Assembly (NCBI GenBank): GCA_902783035.1
Contig: CACZPK010000019.1
Span: forward strand, 4,147-68,146
Source of the DNA: Oscillospiraceae bacterium
GTDB lineage: Bacteria; Bacillota; Clostridia; Oscillospirales; Oscillospiraceae
Direction of reading: 5' to 3'
DNA: 64,000 nt
The stretch's first letter is position 1; each line of letters starts with the position of its first letter. Shown piece by piece: positions 38,857-50,394 of the stretch. The notes beneath the pieces were generated by a model. That model did not search any database, was not told the origin of the DNA, and saw only the letters and a program-made list of their open reading frames with translations. Both the position numbers and the translations under genes were made by a program.

Positions 38857-41800
38857 TCAATTGATGCGCAGCAGCATCGCCGCCATTTCCGCGCGGGTGA
38901 TGGGAACGGCGGGCGAGAACGTATCACCGGCAAAATCGTCGAACACGCCCGACGCGCCCAGCAGGGCGACGTGTCCCGCCGCCCAGTCGGGAATGGCGTC
39001 ACTGTCCGCATAGGTGAGTGCCGGTGCCGCATAGCCCTTTTCCAGCAGGCGGCCGAGCATGGTTGCCGCCTCCTGGCGCGTGATGTCCGACGCCGGGTCA
39101 TAGCGCAGCGTGCCGTCCGGGTCCTTCGTGCCGTTGACGACGCCGAGCGCATACATCGCGCGCGCCGCGTCCAGCGCCCAGTCACCGATCAGACCGGTGT
39201 CCGCAAAGGGCAGCTCCACACCGCTGAAATCGCCCTCCGGCGCGAGGAAACGATAGAGCATGGTGGCAAATTCCTGCCGCGTAATGCGCGAATCGGGGCG
39301 GAACAGGATCGTGCCATCCGCCTCCCGGCTGCCGTTGGAAATGCCCGCACGCTTCAGGTAGTCGATATAGCCTGCCGCCCAGTGCTCCGCCGCATCGGGG
39401 AATGCCGGCTCCAGATCGGGCGCAGCCGGAACAAAGAGGCTCGTACGGGCGAGATTGCCCACCGCGTCCCCGGCGACAAGCGTAATCCAGTGGGCATGGC
39501 CGTCCGCCTCCGGCGCAAGCGCCGTGAACTCACCGGAGCGTTCGTTGCGGGAAAACGCAAGCTCTTCCCCGTCAAAGCGCAGGCTGACGCGCGGGAGCGC
39601 CGCGCCGTTGACCGCGTCGAAAGCGCGGCCCGCCAGCGCGCCCGTCTCCTCGTCCAGTTCCAGCGTCACGACGGGAGCGGCATCGTCCGCCGCACCCGCA
39701 TAGGAAAGCACGGCCTGATCGAGCCAAATGCTGCCCGCCGCCTCCTGCTCCGCGCGGAGCGAAATGCCGGTGACCGCCGTCGCGCCCGCAGGCAGGACAA
39801 ACTCAACGAGCTTCCAGCCGCTGAAGTCCAGCGTCACGGCGTCGGATGTGCCGGCGCTAGTTTCCAGCGCGAGAGATGCCGCGCCGCCGTCGCCGCAGAT
39901 CCAAAGCGTCACACGGTCATAGCCGGACGGAACGCGCCAGGCAACCGGGAGCACGGCGACGTTCTCACCGTCCAATGTGTAATCCAGCTTGGCCGCACCG
40001 CGCCCGAATTTGACGTGGGCTGCGTCACTTGCATGGGAAAGCGTAAGATGGGGCGCAGCATCGGGCGTCTCCTCCGTCACGTCGGTAACGGGAGCAAAGC
40101 CCGCCTCATAGTCCTCCAGCGTTTGCAGCGCACGCCGCGCGACGGTGACGGGAATCACAAGTTCCTTCCCCGCCGCGGAAACCGTCAGTGTGCCGACGGC
40201 GGAATCCGGCCCCGCGACGAGCGCGCCGTCCTCCGTGAGGGTCACGCCCTCGCCCTCATAGCGCCAGGTAAAGCAGTCCTTGCCGTCCGCCAGCGGCAGG
40301 CGCAGATAAAAGCCCTTCGCCGTCAGGGACACACTGCTGTCCGGTGCCACGATCAACTCCTTGACCTCATGCTTGCCGTCGTATACGGTGATCCATTCGG
40401 GTTCAAGCACGTCAATGGCAACCGACGCATCAACGCCGCCGGAGGAAGCCGTAACATGAACCGTTCCGGTCGTTTCGGGCAAGGTCAGTACGTTGCCCGA
40501 AAGCGTACCCGCGTCGGCGGCAAGCGTCACATCGGCACGCATGGGGATGCCATTCGTGTCAATGGCGGCGGCGGTCAGCGCCACCTGCGCGTTGGGCAGC
40601 GCCCGCGTCTGGGCAGGCGCAAGATAGATATGATCCAGCAAGCCGCTCGGTGCGTTCGGCGCGACGAGAAACACATGGTTGCTCACCGCGCGGAGGCTGC
40701 CTTCGGACGGAGCATTGACAATGCGGGCGGCGGTTTCATGCGGCAGCGTCGCCGCCATGGTGGTCGAGCCGCCGCCGTCCAGCGCCACCGCCGTAACGCA
40801 GCCCAGCTCAACCAGACGCATCGCCACCGCGGAGAGCGTCGCGCCGACGCTGTAACCGCTCTGTCGCCCGTCCATGGTGTAAAAGAGCAGTGTGCCGTCC
40901 GCCTTCTGCCCGATCGCGGTGCGCGGCGCCGCCCCGGTGGGAAGGCCCTCGCAAACCGCGCCGTTTTGTACCAGCAGCTCCGGTGCGCCGACCAGGTTGC
41001 GTACGTCATTCCATGCCTCGCCCGCTCCGGAGGTAACGCGTACGGTCAGCTCGTCCCCCGGCAGGAGCGCGCGCAGCGGCGCGTTGTAATACTCGCCCGC
41101 GCGGAGGTTGGACGTAAGGACATACTTGCCCTCCGGCACAACCGTACCGGATGCCTCGGGCAGCACCTCGTCCACATGCAGCGTCAGCGCGCCGCCGATG
41201 GCAAGCGAGCCGTCGACGACGGAGCAGACCACATCCACGCCCGGCTGGGTGGTGTCCATGGTGTGCTGCTCATTGAACAGGCTGTCATAGAGAAAAACGC
41301 CGTAGTCGGACTGGCGGATGTGGTTGAACGCAAAAATGGGAAAGTCTTTGCCGTCCCAAATGCTGCGGTCGGGTGCGCTTTCTCCGTTCTCCGCGTCCTC
41401 CCCGACGGATTCGCCGTTCTCCGTGTCTGCGGCGCCGTCATCCGTCGGAGACGGCAGCACGGTTTCAGCCGTGCCGCTCTCGGCATTTTCCCCATCCGTG
41501 CCGCCCGCCGTCTCTGCCTCGGGCGTTTCGCCAAGGCGGATCGTTGCGCTCAGGCTGAGCTTGGGATCACCGATCAGCGCGGTGCCGTCGGCGCGGAACC
41601 CCACGGCATAGTGCGGGTCGCCGTTGGCATTGCGCAGCACGCCGTCCGTCATCGTTGAGCCGAGCGGCACGCCGTCGGCAACGGCGTAGTAATCACCGTT
41701 GATGCCCGCAATAACGCGCAGCCCCTGCGCCTCCAGCGTCTGCGCCGCGGCAAGCGTGGTCGTCAGCGAGCGCGTCGTGTCTCCGTCGGCGACCACGGGT

Positions 41801-42024
41801 GTCACCTGACTGTTCGGCGTGTAAACAACATAGGTCTCGCGGCGGAAATCCGACTTGCTGTCGCTCCAAAACGTCCCCGTGCCAAGCGCGGTATTCTGTG
41901 CCAGCGGCGTATCCAGCGCGAGCAGGTCATGGCCGAGCGCATCCGAGGCAAAAACGTCCATCGGCGCGGCAAGCAGCGCGGCAGACAGTGCCGCCGCGAG
42001 AAATTTGCGAAAAATGGGTCTCAC
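38857..42024 (-). CDS. Secreted phosphodiester glycosidase (NAGPA-family) protein with C-terminal SLH domains
   Basis: Signal peptide; AGINGDYY, PRTAIG, DGRQ, LDGGGST; three SLH repeats (ITRQE, ITRQE, ITRAE). Confidence 0.88.
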   Translation of the reverse strand: MRPIFRKFLAAALSAALLAAPMDVFASDALGHDLLALDTPLAQNTALGTGTFWSDSKSDFRRETYVVYTPNSQVTPVVADGDTTRSLTTTLAAAQTLEAQGLRVIAGINGDYYAVADGVPLGSTMTDGVLRNANGDPHYAVGFRADGTALIGDPKLSLSATIRLGETPEAETAGGTDGENAESGTAETVLPSPTDDGAADTENGESVGEDAENGESAPDRSIWDGKDFPIFAFNHIRQSDYGVFLYDSLFNEQHTMDTTQPGVDVVCSVVDGSLAIGGALTLHVDEVLPEASGTVVPEGKYVLTSNLRAGEYYNAPLRALLPGDELTVRVTSGAGEAWNDVRNLVGAPELLVQNGAVCEGLPTGAAPRTAIGQKADGTLLFYTMDGRQSGYSVGATLSAVAMRLVELGCVTAVALDGGGSTTMAATLPHETAARIVNAPSEGSLRAVSNHVFLVAPNAPSGLLDHIYLAPAQTRALPNAQVALTAAAIDTNGIPMRADVTLAADAGTLSGNVLTLPETTGTVHVTASSGGVDASVAIDVLEPEWITVYDGKHEVKELIVAPDSSVSLTAKGFYLRLPLADGKDCFTWRYEGEGVTLTEDGALVAGPDSAVGTLTVSAAGKELVIPVTVARRALQTLEDYEAGFAPVTDVTEETPDAAPHLTLSHASDAAHVKFGRGAAKLDYTLDGENVAVLPVAWRVPSGYDRVTLWICGDGGAASLALETSAGTSDAVTLDFSGWKLVEFVLPAGATAVTGISLRAEQEAAGSIWLDQAVLSYAGAADDAAPVVTLELDEETGALAGRAFDAVNGAALPRVSLRFDGEELAFSRNERSGEFTALAPEADGHAHWITLVAGDAVGNLARTSLFVPAAPDLEPAFPDAAEHWAAGYIDYLKRAGISNGSREADGTILFRPDSRITRQEFATMLYRFLAPEGDFSGVELPFADTGLIGDWALDAARAMYALGVVNGTKDPDGTLRYDPASDITRQEAATMLGRLLEKGYAAPALTYADSDAIPDWAAGHVALLGASGVFDDFAGDTFSPAVPITRAEMAAMLLRIN

Positions 42025-42055
42025 AATATGTCCTCCTCAGGAGCGTCAATTTATG

Positions 42056-43180
42056 TTACAGGCCCAGCGCCTCCTGCACACGCAGGATGATGGCGTTGGA
42101 AACGAGAAATCCCCGCGGGGTAAGACGCCAAAAGCCGCCGCTTTGTTCCGCGAGGCCGCGTTCGGCACACATGCGCAGCACCTCCGCCGCGTCCGCCAGC
42201 TCCTCCGTGGAAAGTCCGCGCACCGTGCGCAATCCCAGCATGACACGCTCCGCCGCACGCTCCTGCGGCGATGGCGCGGCATCCTCGCTCAACACGGCTT
42301 TTCCGGCCAGAAACGCATCCAGATCCCGCGCGCGGCCGAACCGCCGCCCACCGAAGTCCGAGTGCGCGCCGGGGCCAAAGCCCAGATACTCCCCCAGCGT
42401 CCAATATTTGAGGTTGTGGCGGGATTCGTATCCCGGGCGGGCAAAGTTGGATATCTCATACTGCGCATAGCCCTGCGCGGCAAGAAGCTCCACGGTGTCC
42501 AGATACATGTCCGCCTGTGCGTCGTCATCGGGCAGCACGACGCTGTCACGTCGCATGTAAAGCGGCGTCCCCGGCTCAACCTTAAGCCCGTAGCACGAAA
42601 GATGCTCCGGCGCAAGCGCCGTCGCCGCGGCGAGGTTGTCCCGCCAGCGCGCCCTCGTCTGCGCAGGCAGGCCGTAGATGAGGTCCAGGCTCAGGTTCTC
42701 AAACCCCGCCCTGCGCGCCGCATCGACCGCCGCCGCGGTGTCGCGGGCGCTGTGGATGCGTCCGATGGCGCGCAGCTCATCGTCGTCGGCGGACTGCATC
42801 CCCAGCGAGATCCGGTTAAAGCCGGCGTCACGCAGCAGGCGCAGCGCGTCCGTGTCCCGCGCGCTCTCCGGATTCGCCTCAAACGTGATCTCGGCGTCCG
42901 GCGCAACGGCAAAGGCGCGGCGCACCGCCTCCAGCAGCGCGGCAAGGCGCGGCGCGCCCAGCAGGCTCGGCGTGCCGCCGCCGAAGTAGACCGTATCGGC
43001 CGTGTATCCCGCGGCGTCCGGCGCTGCGGCACGGAACGCGTCTGTCAATGCGGCCGCGTAGGCGTCCATGCGTTCCTCGCTCCGTGCAAGGGAGTAGAAA
43101 TCGCAATAGGCGCACTTGGCGCGGCAAAACGGTATGTGGATGTAAAGCCCCAGCGGGCGTGCATTTCCCATGTCGTCCAT
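42056..43180 (-). CDS. hemW: Radical SAM heme chaperone (HemN-like)
   Basis: YIHIPFCRAKCAYCDF, YFGGGTPS, YEISNF, HNLKYW. Confidence 0.9.
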   Translation of the reverse strand: MDDMGNARPLGLYIHIPFCRAKCAYCDFYSLARSEERMDAYAAALTDAFRAAAPDAAGYTADTVYFGGGTPSLLGAPRLAALLEAVRRAFAVAPDAEITFEANPESARDTDALRLLRDAGFNRISLGMQSADDDELRAIGRIHSARDTAAAVDAARRAGFENLSLDLIYGLPAQTRARWRDNLAAATALAPEHLSCYGLKVEPGTPLYMRRDSVVLPDDDAQADMYLDTVELLAAQGYAQYEISNFARPGYESRHNLKYWTLGEYLGFGPGAHSDFGGRRFGRARDLDAFLAGKAVLSEDAAPSPQERAAERVMLGLRTVRGLSTEELADAAEVLRMCAERGLAEQSGGFWRLTPRGFLVSNAIILRVQEALGL

Positions 43181-43258
43181 TCTACGCGCTTTTCTCCCGT
43201 CGTGCAAGAACAATCAATAAAATGCGCAAAATTGGCAAAACTACCGCAAAAAGGAGGC

Positions 43259-43711
43259 ATGATTATGGATAACATGACGCCGGAAGCATATCAGGCCTAT
43301 GTCCGTCAAAAGGCGCCCGCCTCGCCCATTGTGCGGGATACGGCGCTGGCATTTCTCACCGGCGGCGCGATCTGTGCGCTGGGGCAGGTGATCCTGAACG
43401 GATTTCTCAGCCTCGGTCTGGAGAAAACGGATGCGGGCACGGCGACCTCGATCAGCCTTGTGTTCCTGGCGGCGCTGGCCACGGGGGCTGGGCTTTACAC
43501 CCGCCTTGCGCGGTTCGCCGGAGCGGGCACGCTTGTGCCGATCACCGGCTTTGCCAACGCCGTGGTCTCACCCGCGCTGGATTTCAAAAGCGAAGGGTTC
43601 ATCACCGGCACGGCGGTCAAGATGTTCACCATCGCCGGACCGGTCATCGCCTTCGGCACCGCCGCCAGCGTGGTGTACGGCGCGGTGCTGATGCTGCTCA
43701 AAAACGCCTGA
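43259..43711 (+). CDS. spoVAC: Stage V sporulation protein AC
   Basis: AFLTGGAICALGQ, AGAGTLVPITGFAN, MFTIAGPVI; AAGGAGG RBS. Confidence 0.92.
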   Translation: MIMDNMTPEAYQAYVRQKAPASPIVRDTALAFLTGGAICALGQVILNGFLSLGLEKTDAGTATSISLVFLAALATGAGLYTRLARFAGAGTLVPITGFANAVVSPALDFKSEGFITGTAVKMFTIAGPVIAFGTAASVVYGAVLMLLKNA

Positions 43712-43721
43712 AATACGGGGT

Positions 43722-43758
43722 GCAGCGCCGGGAAAAGCCCGGCGCTGCCTCTGTTTTT
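43722..43758 (+). terminator. Terminator after spoVAC
   Basis: GCAGCGCCGGG-aaaag-CCCGGCGCTGC then T-rich tail. Confidence 0.65.
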
Positions 43759-43974
43759 CCCGTATGGCGAAACGCGCCCGCGCCACAACATCTCCCCCGG
43801 CGCATTCTCGATGCCCACAACATATCCGGAAAAGCAGCCGCTGCAAAGAACAAAGCGGTGCCGGCTGTCAAGAGGTCAAAATGACGAAATTCCCGCCGCC
43901 GCACTCCGCCGCTCTTTCGGAAAACGCACGGCAAAATTCGACATTTTTTGCGAATTCTCCCGTTGACATAAAGG

Positions 43975-44148
43975 TGTGGATAATTCTGTGGAAACTGTGA
44001 ATAACTTCGATTTCAAGGCATTCCGGACGGTTGACCCACCTGTTATGCAACCGGGGTCAGGGGGAACTTTTCGGTGGAAAGTCCTTGCGTTTCGACGTTT
44101 GCCCCCTCTTGTGCATTTTTCCGCAGAAACACTTGCCATTGTGGACAA
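43975..44148. promoter_or_regulatory. DnaA-box cluster
   Basis: TGTGGATAA 43975 (perfect), TGTGGAAAC 43987, TGTGAATAA 43996, TGTGGACAA 44140; all in the same orientation. Confidence 0.75.
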
Positions 44149-44161
44149 AGAGGGATATAAT
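44133..44161 (+). promoter_or_regulatory. Sigma-A promoter of the topoisomerase operon
   Basis: TTGCCA-17 nt-TATAAT. Confidence 0.75.
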
Positions 44162-44246
44162 ACACCAGAAATTGTATTGTGAGATTTTGCGCCATGCGGC
44201 GATCCGGGAGCAAAATTTGGCAAGCATCAACGAAACGGAGAAATCT

Positions 44247-46250
<2,004 letters not shown>

Positions 46251-46320
46251 GCGCAAAAAGCCGAAACAACCTTGTGCGTACCCAAAATACAGTTCTATCT
46301 GGATAAGGAGGGCTTTCACC

Positions 46321-46617
46321 ATGGCAAACGTAATCATCCATTGCTACTATACCGGCCCCGAGGATGCCGTGTGCGGTTTCATCGAAGAGATGCTCGACTC
46401 CGGTCTCCGTCAGGAGGTGCTGGACGAAGACGGCTGCTTGCAGTACGATTACTTTTTCTCCGCGGAAGACAAGACCGTCGGCGTACTGCTGGAGCGCTGG
46501 CGCGACGACACGGCGCTGTCGAAGCACGCGAACGGAACGCCGATGGCAAAGCTCAAGGAAATCAAGGCCCGCTACGACATTGAAACGCGGGTCGAACGCT
46601 ATGTATTAAAGGAATAA
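46321..46617 (+). CDS. ABM-domain (putative quinol monooxygenase) protein
   Basis: 98 aa; EDGCLQYDY..LLERW....L..H pattern; AAGGAGG RBS. Confidence 0.8.
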   Translation: MANVIIHCYYTGPEDAVCGFIEEMLDSGLRQEVLDEDGCLQYDYFFSAEDKTVGVLLERWRDDTALSKHANGTPMAKLKEIKARYDIETRVERYVLKE

Positions 46618-46637
46618 GATAAGGCAGGTCACATCGT

Positions 46638-48878
46638 ATGCCCAGGAAAAAGCAACCGGAAGAAGTCAAGCCCAAAAAGAACCCCAACGTCCTCGGCCTG
46701 CACGCTGACGTGGTCGATCAGCCCATTACCGAGACGCTGGAACTCAACTATATGCCATACGCGATGTCGGTCATCGTGTCGCGCGCCATCCCGGAGATCG
46801 ACGGTTTTAAGCCGTCGCACCGCAAGCTCCTTTACACCATGTATAAGATGGGGCTGCTGTCCGGCGCACGCACGAAATCCGCCAACATCGTGGGTCAGAC
46901 CATGCGCCTCAACCCCCATGGCGACGCCGCCATTTATGACACGATGGTGCGTCTTTCCAAGGGTTACAGTGCGCTGCTGCATCCCTTTGTCGACTCAAAG
47001 GGCAACTTCGGCAAGGTCTACTCCCGCGACATGACGTGCGCGGCGAGCCGTTATACCGAAGCAAAGCTCGCGCCGATCTGTGCGGAGCTGTTCCGCGATA
47101 TCGACAGCGATACCGTGGACTTTGTCGACAACTACGACAACTCCATGAAGGAGCCGGCTCTGCTGCCGACCACCTTCCCCAACATTCTTGTCTCCGCCAA
47201 CCAGGGCATTGCCGTCGGCATGGCGTCGCAGCTTTGCGGTTTTAACCTCGGCGAGGTGTGCGACACCACCATCGCCTACCTCAAGAATCCCGACTGCTCC
47301 CTGCGTGAAACGCTGCTCGCACCGGACTTCCCCACGGGCGGCGAGGTGCTCTATGACCCTGCGGCGATCGAGGACGTCTACAATACGGGGCGCGGCGGCG
47401 TACGCGTGCGGGCACGCTGGCGCTACATCAAAGAAGAAAACCTCATCGAGATCTACGAGATCCCCTATACGACCACCACCGAGGCGATCATGGACAAGGT
47501 GGCCGAACTGATCAAAGCGGGGAAAATACGGGAAATCGCCGACATGCGCGACGAAACCGACCTGTCCGGCCTCAAGCTGACCATTGACCTCAAGCGCGGC
47601 GTCGATCCCGACAGGCTGATGCAGAAGCTCTTCAAATCCACACCGCTCATGGACACCATGTCCTGCAACTTCAACGTGCTCATTGCGGGCATGCCGAAGG
47701 TCATGGGCGTGCGCGAGCTGCTGGACGAGTGGTGCGCATGGCGCACGGAAAGCGTAAAGCGCCGCGTATTCTTTGTGCTGGGCAAGCGCAAGGAAAAGCT
47801 GCACCTGCTCAAGGGTCTCAAACGCATCCTGCTGGACATCGACAAGGCAATCAAAATCATCCGCGAAACCGAGTCGGAGGCGGAGGTCGTGCCGAACCTG
47901 ATGATCGGTTTCGGCATCGACGAGGTGCAGGCGGAATATGTCGCGGAGATCAAGCTGCGCAACATCAACCGCGAGTACATCTTAAAACGCACACAGGAAA
48001 CCGATGCGCTGCAAGACGAGATCGAGGATCTGGAAGACGTTTTGGAGCGCCCCTCCCGCGTGAAAAAGATCATTGTCGCCGAGCTGGAGGAGGTTCGGAA
48101 GAAATACGCCGAGCCCCGCCGGACGGGCATCGTCTATGACTTTGAGGACAATGCCGAGCCGGAGGAGGAAATCGTGGACGAATATCCCGTCACGGTGTTC
48201 CTCTCCCGCCACGGCTACTTCAAGAAGATCACGCCGCAGTCCCTGCGCATGAGCGGCGAGCAGAAATTCAAGGAAGACGACGGGCTGCGCCAGAGCTTCG
48301 AGACCACAAGCAATGCCGTGGTCATGTTCTTCACCGACCGCGCGCAGGTCTACAAGGCGCGCCTGAGCGAGTTTGCTGACACCAAGGCTTCCGTGCTGGG
48401 CGATTTCCTGCCGGCAAAGCTGGGCATGGACGAGGGCGAGAGCGTGGTCTACATGGTGCTGCCGGGTGATTACCGCGGTTTCATGCTGTTCTTCTTCGAA
48501 AACGGCAAGTGCGCCAAGGTGGAGCTGTCCGCCTACCAGACCACATCCAACCGCCGCCGTCTGACGGGCGCATACAGCGACAGGAGCCCGCTGCGCACGG
48601 TGATGTACTGCGCCGAGGATTGCGAGATCGCCGTCTATTCCAGCGAGCCGCGCTGCCTTGTCGTCAACACCGCGCTGCTGGGCGTGAAATCCACCCGTGC
48701 AACGCAGGGCGTGGGTCTGCTGACGCTCAAGAAGAATAAGACGCTGGACTACGCCTGCACGCTGGAGGAATCCGGCGTGACCAACCTCGCGCGTTACCGC
48801 GGCCGCTCCATTCCCGCCACCGGCGCGCTGCTCAAGGCAGACGACACGGAAGACAAGCAAATGTCGATATTGGAGTGA
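46638..48878 (+). CDS. parC: Type IIA DNA topoisomerase subunit A (GyrA/ParC family; probably topo IV-like)
   Basis: DGFKPSHR, NPHGD, catalytic SRYTE, GIAVGMA, PDFPTGG; no GyrA-box seen. Confidence 0.8.
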   Translation: MPRKKQPEEVKPKKNPNVLGLHADVVDQPITETLELNYMPYAMSVIVSRAIPEIDGFKPSHRKLLYTMYKMGLLSGARTKSANIVGQTMRLNPHGDAAIYDTMVRLSKGYSALLHPFVDSKGNFGKVYSRDMTCAASRYTEAKLAPICAELFRDIDSDTVDFVDNYDNSMKEPALLPTTFPNILVSANQGIAVGMASQLCGFNLGEVCDTTIAYLKNPDCSLRETLLAPDFPTGGEVLYDPAAIEDVYNTGRGGVRVRARWRYIKEENLIEIYEIPYTTTTEAIMDKVAELIKAGKIREIADMRDETDLSGLKLTIDLKRGVDPDRLMQKLFKSTPLMDTMSCNFNVLIAGMPKVMGVRELLDEWCAWRTESVKRRVFFVLGKRKEKLHLLKGLKRILLDIDKAIKIIRETESEAEVVPNLMIGFGIDEVQAEYVAEIKLRNINREYILKRTQETDALQDEIEDLEDVLERPSRVKKIIVAELEEVRKKYAEPRRTGIVYDFEDNAEPEEEIVDEYPVTVFLSRHGYFKKITPQSLRMSGEQKFKEDDGLRQSFETTSNAVVMFFTDRAQVYKARLSEFADTKASVLGDFLPAKLGMDEGESVVYMVLPGDYRGFMLFFFENGKCAKVELSAYQTTSNRRRLTGAYSDRSPLRTVMYCAEDCEIAVYSSEPRCLVVNTALLGVKSTRATQGVGLLTLKKNKTLDYACTLEESGVTNLARYRGRSIPATGALLKADDTEDKQMSILE

Positions 48879-48889
48879 CGCAGCATCGC

Positions 48890-49750
48890 ATGAAAAGAGA
48901 AGTTTGGAAAAGCTACGCGATCATCACCTTCGGCTGCGTCCTTTACGCCCTGACATTCGATTGGTTTTACGCGCCGGTCAATCTCACCTGCGGCGGTCTG
49001 ACGGGCGTCGCGCAGATCGTGAACCACTTCGTTCCCGTGCTGCCCGTCGGCGCATTGCTGGTGGCAATGAATCTGCCGCTGTTTTTGCTGGGTTTCCGGC
49101 GCTTTGGTTTCCGGTTCCTGTTCAAATCGCTCTACGCGATGGCGGTTTCCTCCATACTGATCGACGTGGTGGCGGCTCTGCACACCTTCACGCCGCCGGA
49201 ACCGCTGCTGGCAAGTCTCTACGGCGGCGTGCTGCTGGGCATTGCGAGCGGCGCGCTGTTCCGCGAGGAGGCCACCACGGGCGGCACGGAGCTGGCGTCG
49301 TGGCTGGTAAAACGCCGCGTACCGCATCTGTCGCTCGGCAGCGTGCTGCTGGGTCTTGATCTGACCGTCATCCTCGGCTACGCCGCCGCATTCGGCAACC
49401 TCAACAACGCGCTTTACGGCGGCGTGGCGCTGTTCGTGACGACAAAAGTCATCGACCTTCTTATCTACGGCGGCAATACGGCAAAGCTCACCTTCATCAT
49501 CAGCTCGCGACAGGATGAGATCGCCGCGCGGCTGCTGGAGCTGGGCATGGGCGTCACGAAATTGGAGGCGGTCGGCGCCTACACCGAGGTCAAACGCCCC
49601 GTGCTGCTGTGCGCCGTGCGCCGGCGGGAACTCGTACTGGCGCGGCGCGCCGTCAAAGAACTGGACCCCGACGCGTTTTTCATCATGTGCGACGCCGGCG
49701 AAGTGCTCGGCGAAGGCTTCGGCGAATATAAGCCAAATGGGTTGACATAA
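48890..49750 (+). CDS. YitT family membrane protein
   Basis: GGLTGVA, MNLPLF, TTGGTE, DPDAFF..EVLGEGF. Confidence 0.88.
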   Translation: MKREVWKSYAIITFGCVLYALTFDWFYAPVNLTCGGLTGVAQIVNHFVPVLPVGALLVAMNLPLFLLGFRRFGFRFLFKSLYAMAVSSILIDVVAALHTFTPPEPLLASLYGGVLLGIASGALFREEATTGGTELASWLVKRRVPHLSLGSVLLGLDLTVILGYAAAFGNLNNALYGGVALFVTTKVIDLLIYGGNTAKLTFIISSRQDEIAARLLELGMGVTKLEAVGAYTEVKRPVLLCAVRRRELVLARRAVKELDPDAFFIMCDAGEVLGEGFGEYKPNGLT

Positions 49751-49785
49751 CACAATATCCGAATGATATAAGGAGGGCGACTGAC

Positions 49786-50394
49786 ATGGATTTCGCAAAG
49801 GTACAGGCAGCTCTGGAACAGCACGGCTACGCGGTGACGACGTTCGCAACGAAGGAAGACGCCGCGGCATACCTCAACCGGGAGATCGACGGCGTGAGCG
49901 TCGGTTTCGGCGGCTCGATGACGCTCCGGGAGATGGGGCTGCACGAGTCACTGCCCACGCACAACGAATTGTGGAGTCACTGGGAGCCGCGAGACGGCGC
50001 AACGCCGGACGAGATGCGCAAAAAGGCGATGACGACGGATGTCTACCTCTGTTCTGCCAACGGTCTTGCCGAGACGGGCGAGATCATCAACATCGACGGC
50101 ACGGGCAACCGCGTCGCCTCGACGCTGTTCGGGCACAAGAAGGTGTACTTCGTCGTCGGGCGCAACAAGCTCGCGCCAACCTATGACGAGGCGCTGTGGC
50201 GCGCGCGCAACATTGCCGCGCCGAAAAACGCCATGCGTTTCAACGTCAAAACGCCCTGCGTCGCAAACGGCGGCGGCAAGTGCTTTGACTGCAAAAGCCC
50301 CGCGCGCATCTGCAAGGCGCTTGTGGTCTTTTGGGACAAGCCCACGTGCTGCGACATGGAGGTCGTACTGATCGATGAGGATCTGGGCTATTAA
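49786..50394 (+). CDS. LUD-domain (lactate utilization family) protein
   Basis: GFGGSMTL, NIDGTGNRV, VGRNK, C-terminal PC..CFDC..RIC. Confidence 0.85.
   Translation: MDFAKVQAALEQHGYAVTTFATKEDAAAYLNREIDGVSVGFGGSMTLREMGLHESLPTHNELWSHWEPRDGATPDEMRKKAMTTDVYLCSANGLAETGEIINIDGTGNRVASTLFGHKKVYFVVGRNKLAPTYDEALWRARNIAAPKNAMRFNVKTPCVANGGGKCFDCKSPARICKALVVFWDKPTCCDMEVVLIDEDLGY

Noticed and set aside
41855-43258. N-terminal extension of spoVAC (618-aa ORF)
   Set aside because: It overlaps hemW antisense; a strong RBS marks the start at 43259.
43975-44148. oriC
   Set aside because: No dnaA/dnaN/rpmH context, few boxes and no clear AT-rich unwinding element.
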